Under the pieces are notes generated by a model, which did not search any database, was not told the DNA's origin, and saw only the letters and a list, made by a program, of their open reading frames with translations. 64,000 bases of DNA. It comes from Eledone cirrhosa (lineage: Eukaryota). This document shows, one piece after another, positions 30,062 to 41,020 of this stretch. Positions within the stretch are counted from its first letter, which is position 1. Each line of letters begins with the position of its first letter. The stretch is from positions 32,302,001-32,366,000 of the forward strand of contig OZ024752.1 of NCBI GenBank assembly GCA_964016885.1. Reading direction: 5' to 3'. Made by a program: the position numbers and the translations under genes.

Positions 30062-30200
30062 TTGCAAATCCAGGCAGAAGAAGCAGCGCGAAATAAAGTG
30101 TCTTGCACAAGGATATAATGCATAACCCAGTCCGGGAATCGAACTCACAACCTAACGATTGCGAATTCAATTCTCTAACCACTCGGCCACACGCCTTCAC
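30062..30200 (-). mobile_element. CORE-type SINE head, divergent subfamily
   Basis: Reverse complement: TGGCCGAGTGGTTAG...GAGTTCGATTCCC...CCTTGTGCAAGACACTTTATTTC. Confidence 0.7.
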
Positions 30201-30472
30201 TAACATATACCATGTATATATACTCATCAAATACATGTTTCGCTGTGGTTCATGGGATGATGTACACCTCTTCTGATGGAGGTCCAATAAGATCCGGAAA
30301 TCAATTAGAAGTGTTTGTCATGTTTTTCAATTTACATAGAAATTTATTATTTTCTGGTATGTTTACATACCTACCTATTAGATATATGTATATATATATA
30401 TTTATACAAGTTGGTGTAGTCGCAATTATACACACTGTATTTATACAGATATAACTTTAATATATATATATA

Positions 30473-30880
30473 TGGTGGCTGCCAACTCGTTTTCGAGTAC
30501 GGCCACTACTTTATATCCATGTAGGAGAACCCCTACCAATGCGCTGAACGAATGTGACTTTTTAGTCCAGCCAGTGACTTGAAAACTCTGGTACAAACAC
30601 TACACTTGTGACAATTATTGACACATAGTGCTGGGCCCATGGTACCATGTGACAACAAGTGCAGAGAGATCTCCAGATATAAAGCAATGCCTGTGCCGTG
30701 AAGCTTTTATAGTGAGCAAAGGCACTGCACAAAGCCAGTCCCACTCTCTTAACCAAGATGATATTTACCAAAAAGAAGAACAATTCAACATCATTGGATA
30801 CCATCAGGGTTGCAGGTGTTATATCAGAGTTTTCCTTCTCCTAGAATTCTGCCTTGACAAAGGCTAAGGGGTCATCTCTC
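30473..30880 (-). mobile_element. 5'-truncated inverted copy of the RTE-like non-autonomous element at 26674
   Basis: Reverse complement aligns to 26864-27272; the spurious ORFs 26941 (+) and 30562 (-) are near identical. Confidence 0.75.
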
Positions 30881-30977
30881 GCCTAAGGGGTCATCGCCTT
30901 CTATTTTTATTCTTACCGACCCTACCTTTATCAAATGTCCCACCATCGAGACTAGGGTTACTACAAGGATTAGTTAA

Positions 30978-31817
30978 AGCCACATTCATAGAATCAGCCA
31001 TAATTTCGGTAAGAATAAAAATAGAAGGCGATTAAATACTTATTTTAACCCACCATATAATCAGGATGTATCAACTAATATCCCTAGGTCTTTCTTCACT
31101 ATCTTAGAGAAAAATTTCCCCCCTTCTCATAAATACCATAGTATTTTTAATAAAAATGTTATTAAACTCTCATTCTCTACCACCCCTAATATTAGTTCTC
31201 ATTTAGCTAGCACTAATAATAGGAAAATTAGGGATGGATTCTCCTCTCTACATACTACTAGTCTGAACAGATCTGACAATGCTTTACCACCAGAACAGTC
31301 CTTATCTAATAGAAATCCTACGTGTAATACATCACCACTCGAGCCAACCAATATCACCCGGAAGTGCAATTGTAGAGTGAGTGCTAACTGCCCTTTAAAC
31401 GGTAACTGCCTTTCTAAGAACATTGTCTACGCTTGCGAAGTTATAACTAATTCCTCTAATAGAACTTATATAGGATCTACTTCAAACACTTTTAAGACTA
31501 GGTTTAACTCTCATATCTCTAACTTCAAACATGTTAAGTTTAAGAATTCTACTTCTTTAGCACATTATATCTGGGATCTTAAGGGAGCTTATATACCATA
31601 TAGCCTTAACTGGCGTTTAGTAGCACGCTCTAACCACCTTTCTACACATACTAAGTTTTGTAATCTCTGTATCCTTGAGACACACTCTATAATTTTCTCT
31701 AGCGTATCCTTACTTAATAGAAAGTCTGAGATATTCTCTTCTTGCCCCCACGCTATTTCTAATTCTTACTTTTATTATAAACCCAAACGTTCTAGTAGTA
31801 CAAATTGTACCCTTTAG
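30978..31817 (+). pseudogene. PLE ORF C-terminal part: RT thumb/linker + Cys-rich motif + GIY-YIG endonuclease
   Basis: Frame open from 30978: RRLNTYFNPPYN..TNIPRSFF..KNFPPSHKYHSIFNKNVIKLSFS..CNCRVSANCPLNGNCL..IVY..TYIGST..FKTRFNSH..CNLCILE..LNRKSE..CPH, typical PLE motifs; the RT core is missing. Confidence 0.85.
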
Positions 31818-33171
31818 CAGATATATTCCATTACTTATTTTTTAGTTTAGGTTTTTTTGTTTGCCAACATTATTATTATCATCATTATTATCATTGGTTT
31901 TTGATGACTCTTTATTCTAGCTCTCATAATCATTTGGCTACTGTACCATATCTGTCTTCTTACGCATTAAATTTTCACTATTACACCTTGTGAATATATA
32001 TAAGATTACATACTTTACGCCATTTACATTATTTTATTATTATCTTCATTTTTATTTTTATTTTTATCTTTAATTTTATTTTTATTTTTATTCAGATTCA
32101 TCTTTGGATACCCCCCCTCCCCCCCCCCCATGCGCACATAAACTTATTGTCAACCCCTCCAAATTGACTATGATTATATTTAACCCCCCCCCTCTTTTAC
32201 GCTCCGTTCTATTATTTATTATAGTATATCGACTATATTTTATGCCCCTTTGCATCCTCCATATATTTCTCCAATTCTGTCCCCATTAGCCTACCTTAAT
32301 TCTACTTAAGTCAGTTTTTTAGATATCGTTATGTATATGATAGTAAAAAATTTCATTCCTTTTTGTAAACATTTGTAACGAAACATTAAAGTTTATAAAC
32401 TTTAATGACTTAAACTATAGCTAATATTATACTACCTTATTGGATAGTTTAAATATTTTTAATATTAATTTATCAAATAGGGTTTTGAGTCATTTACAGG
32501 GATTGTTTTCCTTAGTTTTTACCTAACTACTTAACCGCATGTGAGACCTAAATGTATATATTTGTTTTTGTTTTGTAATTTCCGGTTGATTATATTTATT
32601 TATTTTATTCTATATTTTATATTCTATATTTTATTTGAAATACTACTGGGCATCATATTTACTATTTACTATTCACTGTCTGGCTCTTACTTACACATCC
32701 ACATATGTCTGTCTACTAACCTTGTAATTATAAGTATTTATATATTATTTTATGTCAATTTATTTTATATAATATATTATATTATATTGTATTGTAATAT
32801 TGATCCTTATTACATACTGTTCATTATATGTAACATTATGATATTTAAACTTTATATATCATGTAAGATGTCTGTATTTTTTTCTGTACCATCGTAATGT
32901 TTTTTGAGTATTGTATAATTTATTTTTCCTCATTTACTCTGTAACCCAGTATGAATCGATTTGTATATATTGTTTATTGTAAATGTTAGTACATTGTTAA
33001 TATATTATTATTATTATTGTGACATCTATATTGTTTGTGTAAATTAACCGGGGATTATCTATTATATTGAATTATATAAATTTATTGTTTATTATTTATT
33101 ATATGTGTTTCTTGTAATTATATCATATTATTACCTCATGTATATTGGGTAGATGTATTGGTATTATTATT

Positions 33172-33366
33172 GGCGGTGGGTTGGTAGTATCGGTAGAGGG
33201 TCGGACGCCATGCTTTCTAGCATAGTTACGTCCCTTTACGATCTGAGTTCAAATCCCGCCGAGGTTGACTTTGCCTTTCATCCTTACGGGGTCGATAAAA
33301 TAAAGTACCAGTGAGGCACTGGGTAGTTGCTGGCCTTGTGCCTAAAGTAGAAACAATTATTATTAT
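33172..33366 (+). mobile_element. SINE family A, full length
   Basis: GGCGGTGGGTTGGTAGTATCGG...GAGTTCAAATCCC...GCCTTTCATCCTTACGGGGTCGATAAAATAAAGTACC...(ATT)n; TTATTAT on both flanks. Confidence 0.88.
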
Positions 33367-33795
33367 TTTCACTCTTATCATGCTTATTTTTATATTCAAA
33401 CTCCTAATAAGGTTTAATTTGTGTAGTTGAAGATAGATGTGCGTATTGTTGTATGTGTGTGCGTGTGCGCACATATATACATGTGCATATTATACCTTTT
33501 GATTTTTATTGTAATTTTAATGTTGGTAAAGGTATATTATTATAAGGTATTATATTATATTACATTGTGTTATATATAATTCCTGCTCTATATAACCACC
33601 TTTGTTTAGCTCTAGGTTATTTGCTTTGGACTATATTTGTAATATGATTCTTAATGTTATATACATCCTTAGTTATTCTTATTATATATTTTTATTATTT
33701 TTATTATATATTTTTGCAAGACTTTAGTGTATGTGCACTCCATATTCTTCGGAGCTTCCGGCTTGTATCTGCCGATATTACTTCTTGTTGTTTTA

Positions 33796-33840
33796 ATTGC
33801 CCTGATGAGTCCTTAATAGGACGAAACATTGTCGGCTAAT
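33796..33840 (+). ncRNA. Minimal type I hammerhead ribozyme in PLE-1 pLTR
   Basis: ATT-GCC / CTGATGA (33802-08) / GTCCT-taat-AGGAC / GAAA / C-att-G-TC / GGC-t-AAT: complete canonical core, GUC site ending at 33833, AATAAA at 33838. Confidence 0.9.
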
Positions 33841-34046
33841 AAAAACTTTTGATGTATTAAAGGCTTCTTTGTTTTACTCTCTTAATTTTTCGGCTCTGTT
33901 TAACTGCATTGAGCTATACCTTTTACTGTCATTTCTATAATACGAAGAGGGTGTTTAACTCCAACACGCTCCAGTATTTTAATCCTATATATATATGCGG
34001 TGCCCCAGCATGGCCTCAGCCGGATGGCTGAAACAGGTAAAAGAGT

Positions 34047-34122
34047 AATATATATATATATACATACACGCATATATATATATATATACATAGACATATA
34101 TATATATATATATATACATACA

Positions 34123-34158
<36 letters not shown>

Positions 34159-34895
34159 CAGACATATATATATATATATACATACAGACATATATATATA
34201 TATACATACAGACATATATATATATATATATACATATAGACATATATATATATATATATATATACATACAGACATATATATATATATACATACAGACATA
34301 TATATATATATACATACAGACATATATATATATATATACATACAGACATATATATATATACATACAGACATATATATATATATATATACATACAGACATA
34401 TATATATATACATACAGACATATATATATATATATATATACATATTGACATATATATATATATATACATACAGACATATATATATATATATACATACAGA
34501 CATATATATATATATACATACAGACATATATATATATATACATACAGACATATATATATATATACATACATATATATATATATATACATACATATATATA
34601 TATATACATACATATATATATATATACATACATACACATATATATATACATATATACACATATATATATACATACATACACATATATATATATACATACA
34701 TACACACATACATATATATATATATATACATATACATACACATATATACATACATACACATACACATATACATACATACACACATACATACATACACATA
34801 TATATACATACATATATACACATATATATACATACATACACACATACATATATATATATATATATACATACATACACACATACATATATATACAT

Positions 34896-34927
<32 letters not shown>

Positions 34928-34955
34928 ATACATACACATATATATATACATCCAC

Positions 34956-34996
<41 letters not shown>

Positions 34997-35002
34997 CACA
35001 TA
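34047..35002. repeat. (TA)n/(TACA)/(CAGACA) microsatellite
   Basis: Directly visible; source of spurious YI-rich ORFs. Confidence 0.95.
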
Positions 35003-35065
35003 CATCAGCCCCGCTTATTCCAACCCACCCCACTATTTGGAACCCGAGAGTATTTCATTATTCGC

Positions 35066-35234
35066 TAGAGGATCGGACGCCATGCCTTACAGCACAGCCA
35101 CGTCCCCCTACGATCCGAGTCCAAATCCCGCCGAGGCCAACCCTGCCCTTCATCCCCACGGGGTCGATAAAACAAAGTACCAGTAATGCACTGGGGAAAT
35201 TGCCGGCCCTGTGCCCAAAGCAGAAACAATTATT
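35066..35234 (+). mobile_element. SINE family A copy, 5'-truncated, with clustered T>C substitutions
   Basis: Aligns base by base to 59913-60077 with ~20 T>C changes and few other differences. Confidence 0.85.
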
Positions 35235-35459
35235 AAGATGGTATGAATGTATGGTCCCGTAACTCCTGATAGAGTTATAGGGACGCCGTATTTACATATG
35301 GCGCTTCTTGGCCATTTTAGGGCCTGATGGAGCCCACCCCTCTCCAGGCCTGAGCACAGCACATTTTTCTCCAAAGAAAGATAGAAAATGAGAGAGAGGA
35401 AATGAGAAAGATATAGAGGAAGAATCCACCCCAGTACTAGACTGGTACATTTAAAAAAA

Positions 35460-35492
<33 letters not shown>

Positions 35493-35579
35493 GCAAAGTT
35501 TTATTTAAATTGTTGGGTTAACAACGAGTAAATATTTATAACTGATATAAAAGCACTCAACAAGTATTTGGAGTATATT

Positions 35580-35917
35580 TACGATATTAAATAAATGGAA
35601 ACTATATTTATAAAACCATATTTATTTCATTATATATATTTCAGGGATATCATATTAAAAATATGTTATGCCTTCTTCAGACAAAATACAATATAAACAG
35701 TCTTATAAATAGATAGATTCGACATACCTTTCAACTTCGACTTCTTTTCAAATAGAAGTCGAAGTTGAAAGGTATGTCGAATCTATCTATTTATAAGACT
35801 GTTTATATTGTATTTTGTCTGAAGAAGGCATAACATATTTTTAATATGATATCCCTGAAATATATATAATGAAATAAATATGGTTTTATAAATATAGTTT
35901 CCATTTATTTAATATCG

Positions 35918-35919
<2 letters not shown>
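35580..35919. repeat. Perfect 166-bp inverted repeat (fold-back) of a hammerhead-bearing pLTR fragment
   Basis: Arms 35580-35745 and 35754-35919 are reverse complements around an 8-nt centre. Confidence 0.92.
35812..35875 (+). ncRNA. Type I hammerhead-like motif (mirror copy on - strand at ~35624-35687)
   Basis: Stem I ATTTTGT/ATGAAAT (2 GU pairs); CTGAAGA; long stem II AGG..CATAT-tttta-ATATG..CCT; GAA; palindromic stem III ATATATAT; AATAAA overlaps the 3' end. Confidence 0.6.
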
Positions 35920-35977
<58 letters not shown>

Positions 35978-36254
35978 CACACACATACATGTGTGTGTTT
36001 GTGTGTGAGTCCCGGGTTCATTCGGGGGTAACCACAGTAAGTAAGGTACTCAATACATAGCAGAGTTTAAATGTTTAATATAGAAATGGCTTCTACAGTA
36101 CTAGAACTGTTTCATTCGAAGGAAACCATCATAGGTATATATATATATCAAATTAAAAATATAAGGAAATAATAGACAAAAATATACCTATCTTTTCTTC
36201 AAAGTCCCGACTACATATATATATATATATAATATATATATATATAATATATAT

Positions 36255-36317
<63 letters not shown>

Positions 36318-36444
36318 CGAAGAAAGTGTGGTAAGGAACCAGGTGGACCATAACGCACCAGAGTACTTAAAGTAGTAGAGTGGGTAATAGGAAAGAGGCA
36401 GGACCCCGATGGCTGAGCTCTGGCTGTCGGGGTCCTGCCTCTTT

Positions 36445-36448
<4 letters not shown>
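36318..36448. mobile_element. Unclassified short element in (TA)n with a 20-bp-arm hairpin
   Basis: Shares both termini with 36508-36957; GGAAAGAGGCAGGACCCCGA/TCGGGGTCCTGCCTCTTTCC hairpin. Confidence 0.5.
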
Positions 36449-36507
<59 letters not shown>

Positions 36508-36508
<1 letters not shown>

Positions 36509-36957
36509 CGGAGGAGTTGTGGTAAGGAACCAGATGGACCATAACGCACCATATTTTTTCTTTGACCCCTAATCGCAATTGATTTACTATTTCTATAACG
36601 TCCCTCCTCCACTTTCTAAAGATACCTTCTTTCGCCAACACCCTCTGGCCTACTTCCATACAGATTCCTTACAATCTGCCGTGTAGATTTCACCTTCTAC
36701 GCTTGACCGGCTCTACCCACTCCATCGTTCTACAGGAAAGTTCAGCCATCCCCACCCCGCACCCACTGCCACGATAGACTTTTCTGTGTCCGCTACAAAT
36801 TTTGACCAATCCCCTTGACAACTACAATCTTTCCATATGAGGAAGTACCTTTGAAAAGTTCGGCTATTTATTTACCAGACTAAAAAAAACTCTTACTTTA
36901 GTCCAGAAATAGCCGTCGAAACGGCTTGAGCTCTGCCGTCGGGTCATACTTTCTCCT
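36508..36957. mobile_element. Unclassified ~450-bp element in (TA)n, same termini as the 36318 element
   Basis: Left end TGTGGTAAGGAACCAG(A/G)TGGACCATAACGCACCA is shared; right end GAGCTCTG..GTCGGG..CCTATA is similar. Confidence 0.5.
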
Positions 36958-36971
36958 ATATATATATATAT

Positions 36972-37212
36972 ATCATCATCATCATCTTCGTTTAACGTCC
37001 ATTTTCCACGCTCGTATGGGTTAGACGGGAGTTGTCCCACTTGAGGCAAGGTTGGTCGGGTGACCGTGTCTCGCTCATATAGGACTATCTGGCTGGATGC
37101 CCTTCCTAGCACCAACCACATTTACAGTGTGGAACTGGGAACTTTTTACCGTGTTACCTACACGACCACATTACAGCGTGGACTGTGTGTTTTTTTTCTC
37201 GTGACACCTACA
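36972..37212 (-). mobile_element. SINE family C 3' part (RTE-type (TGA)n tail)
   Basis: Reverse complement matches 59600-59846 and 44510-44725. Confidence 0.75.
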
Positions 37213-37244
37213 CTATCTGATATCTCTCTCTCTCTATATATACC

Positions 37245-37533
37245 ATCATCATCATTTCATTTTACGTCCGCTTTTTCCCTACTTGCAAGGGTGAGACGGG
37301 AACTGATGCTGGCTTGATTTCTACAGCTGGATGCCCTTTCTAACACCAACCTCATTTACAGTGAGTGCTGGGTGCTTTTTTGCCGTGGCACCTCCACGAC
37401 CACATTGCAGTGGGATGATGGGGACCCCAGTCCCTATCATCTCATTTCTACAGCTGAGTAAACTGGAGCAATGTGAAATAAAGTGTCTTGCTCAAGGAAA
37501 CAACACATCACCCGATCTGAGAATTGAACTCAC
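37245..37533 (-). mobile_element. CORE-type SINE family B, 5'-truncated
   Basis: Reverse complement of the 58364 copy from the B box to the tail. Confidence 0.85.
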
Positions 37534-37536
37534 TAA

Positions 37537-37581
<45 letters not shown>

Positions 37582-38128
37582 CCATCAAATTCAAGCTTCC
37601 TTGTGGTTGATTGGATGTTATACAAGCTTTCTGATTAAGATCCAATTAGATCCGAAAAATCAATTAATGATGTTTATCGTTTTTTTTTTTCAATTTACAG
37701 GAAGTTCTCTGGTATGTTGACATACTTACATACCAGCTATATGTATATATTTATACATGTTTGTATACCTATATACTAGGTAAATGTATATATGTATACA
37801 TACCTACATACCAGCTATATGTATATACATATTTACATACCTACATACCAGCTATATGTACATATATTTAAATACATTGGTACAGTCTCAGTTACTCACT
37901 CTGTATTTATATAGATATAACTTTATATATATATATAACTATGTAACACATTTAGCACTATATCTTTTCTATATATAAACAAACTATCATATAGTGGTAT
38001 ATATCCTGAAAGCTAATTTCACACAATCTATATTTGTAAATATTTAATTAAATACCTCTTTAAGAATATTTTACTTAGGTCTACAAATAGAGATTTTGTT
38101 GTTCTCCAATACAATTAAATGAATACAA

Positions 38129-38211
<83 letters not shown>

Positions 38212-38368
38212 CAATTATACATGTGTTTATACATGCATACATACGTATATACATACATACATACATATGTGTATATATATATATACGTATATATATATGT
38301 GCGTATATTTATATATGTATATATGCCTATTTATATATGTATATGTGATTATGTATATATGTATATAA

Positions 38369-38400
<32 letters not shown>

Positions 38401-38911
38401 ATGCATGTAAATATATATATGTATATATATATATGCATGTAAATATATATGCATATATATATATGTATATATACACACTCACACACATAGTGTAAAACTA
38501 ATAAGACTTTGTGCTTTTGCATCGCTTCTACATATATAAATATATGTACATGCACACACACATACGCACTAACACACACACACATATATGTGTATTTATC
38601 TCGCTCTCTCTCTATATATATATATACACACCATGCACATTGTTATTGCTTTGATCTAGTAAATTGTGTTAAAAACTGCCTCTTTATAGACTTCAGGTGA
38701 CAGGTGGGGTTTTTCTCTATCTTTCATTGATATATGAAAATACTGTTAAATTTTAACATTGAAGAGTAAAAATAACCTTATCCGAAAAGCTATCAAATAT
38801 ATATACATGCATACACATATATACATATAAAAAATATATATATATAAAATATATACACACACACACAAACACATGCTTATGCACGTGCTCAAATATAGTT
38901 CTTTTTACAAA

Positions 38912-39632
38912 ATGTTTTTTTTTCCATTTCAAGTAGACCTGCTCCATCATCCACTTTTCTAAAAAAATTAATCATATCCAAAACGCCAGTACCAACAGTT
39001 TTGCAAGAGATGTCAACATGAATGGACCTGTTATTTTTATCTAAAGACATTTTTTCCAATTCCATCCCGTCCGTCCCCTCAATCTATCAAATTTCTCATT
39101 CTTTCTTCCGATGAAGGACTAGCGTTCGAAATATTAAGACCCTCTTACTGCTATTTCAAGTGTTAACCTAATATATTCCTTCCATATACTGTACCGATTG
39201 TGTTGTTATTTCTGTTTACCTTTTACATATATATATATATATATATGTATGTATTATTTATATGTATATATTATTTCTGTTTACCTTTTACATACATATA
39301 TATATGTGTATGTAAACATATAAGGGTAAACAGAAATAACAACACAATCGGTACAGTATATGGAAGGAATATATTAGGTTAACACTTGAAATAGCAGGAA
39401 GAGGGTCTTAATATTTCGGACACTAGTCCTTCATCAGAAGAAAGAATGAGAAATTAGATAGATTGAGGGAACGGGCAGGATGGAATTGGAAAAAATGTCT
39501 TTAAATAAAATAACAGGTCCATTCATGTTGACATCTCTTGCAAAACTGTTGGTGCTGGCGTTTTGGATATGATTTATTTTTTAGAGAAGTGGATAATGGA
39601 GCAGGTCTACTTGAAATGGAAAAAAAAAACAT
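38912..39632. mobile_element. Old PLE pLTR remnant as a diverged ~310-bp inverted repeat (38912-39221 / 39324-39632)
   Basis: Arms are diverged reverse complements; each carries a hammerhead-like core; further degenerate copies at ~39930-40080 and ~40260-40410. Confidence 0.7.
39406..39441 (-). ncRNA. Decayed minimal hammerhead
   Basis: Reverse complement TCTT-CTGATGA-a-GGAC-tagt-GTCC-GAAA-tatt-AAGA; stem III region AATATT, possibly CpG-decayed from AACGTT. Confidence 0.55.
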
Positions 39633-39663
<31 letters not shown>

Positions 39664-39758
39664 GATGCTATGGAAAGAGATTCCAGCAGACACTGAAATG
39701 AAATGAAGCCAAAAACAGATCTGTATATGTAAGATGTAATCAAATATGCGTGTATGTG

Positions 39759-39790
<32 letters not shown>

Positions 39791-40749
39791 TATATACACG
39801 CGCGCACACACACACACGTTAAGTATTTCTGAAAAAACAAAGGAAAAGAGAGTGCTCTATGTATAGAACAGAGCTTTTTAATTAACTGAAACCTTTGGTA
39901 ATGGAGTAGTTATATATTGTGTTATTCACTTCCTAATATATATATATGAAAAGTAAATAGATAAACAATGCACGAAAACAACACAGTTCAATGAAGATAT
40001 ATATTAGTTTAACGGTTGATATAGTAGGAAGAGAGTCTTAACATTTTGGACAGTACTTCTTCATCAGAAGATAGAAAACAAGATGAGAAATGAAAAATAA
40101 ATGTGAACAAAAAAGGAAGAAATATAAAAAAATTTTTTTTTTTTTGCCAGAGAGAAAGCACACGTGTGTTTATTTAACCATTTGGGAGAAGCTGTAACTT
40201 CTTTACATCACACAACCTAATCTAAAACCATGTCAAAATAAAGTTCAGACCACGATATAGATGGATGGCTGATCACACACGTGTTTTTTCTCAAAAAGAT
40301 TTTTTTCGGTTTCTTCATCTTTTATTTCTCATTTTATCTTTTGATGAAGGACATTAAGACTATTTTTCTACTATATCAAGCATAAAACTACTATTCCTTG
40401 TACTGTACATACATATATATGTATATATATATTTATATATATTTATATAGTAATAATAATAAATTTGAAGACTAAAATCCAGAAGATCCCGTTAAGGGTG
40501 AAAGCAGCGATTCTTTGCTTAAACTTTAATCTGTTATTTTAATAAATATATATATATATATTTATATAAATATATATCATCATCATCATCATCAGTTCCT
40601 TGACTTCTGTAGTCGTTGGGAGGATCCTGCTGCAGAAGCAGTGCACATATATATACATAAATATATATATATACATATATATACATAAATATATATATAT
40701 ACATATATATACATAAATAAATATATATATATATATAATATTTATTTAT

Positions 40750-40925
40750 ATAATAATAATTGTTTCTACATTTGGCACAAGGCCAGCAATTAAGCAGTGT
40801 ATTACTGGTACTTTATTTTATCGACCCCGTAAGGATGAAAGGCAAAGTTAACCTTGGCGGGATTTGAACTCAGAATGGAAAGGGCCGTAACTCTTTGCGT
40901 CAAAGCAAGGCGTCCGACCCTCTAT
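40750..40925 (-). mobile_element. SINE family A, 5'-truncated
   Basis: Reverse complement matches the family A consensus. Confidence 0.82.
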
Positions 40926-41020
40926 ACAATTATAAATAAGATAAGGGTAATATTTATAAAAATACACACACACACACATATACATAAATATATATATATA
41001 TATACATATATATATACATA

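Larger units (their letters stand above)
30893..33985 (+). mobile_element. 5'-truncated Penelope-like element (PLE-1): ORF 3' part, long AT-rich 3' region, pLTR with hammerhead
   Basis: GIY-YIG ORF, hammerhead at 33796 followed by AATAAA, 27-bp inverted duplication at the 5' truncation, SINE inserted at 33172. Continuity across the 2-kb AT-rich stretch is inferred. Confidence 0.7.

Noticed and set aside
30262-30312. Further hammerhead-like remnants (also ~36090-36135 minus, ~37628-37670, ~40498-40512, ~55830-55860 minus)
   Set aside because: Cores are mutated (CTGATGG, CTGATTA, CAGAAGA etc.) or stem I is missing; likely dead pLTR relics, not called as ribozymes.
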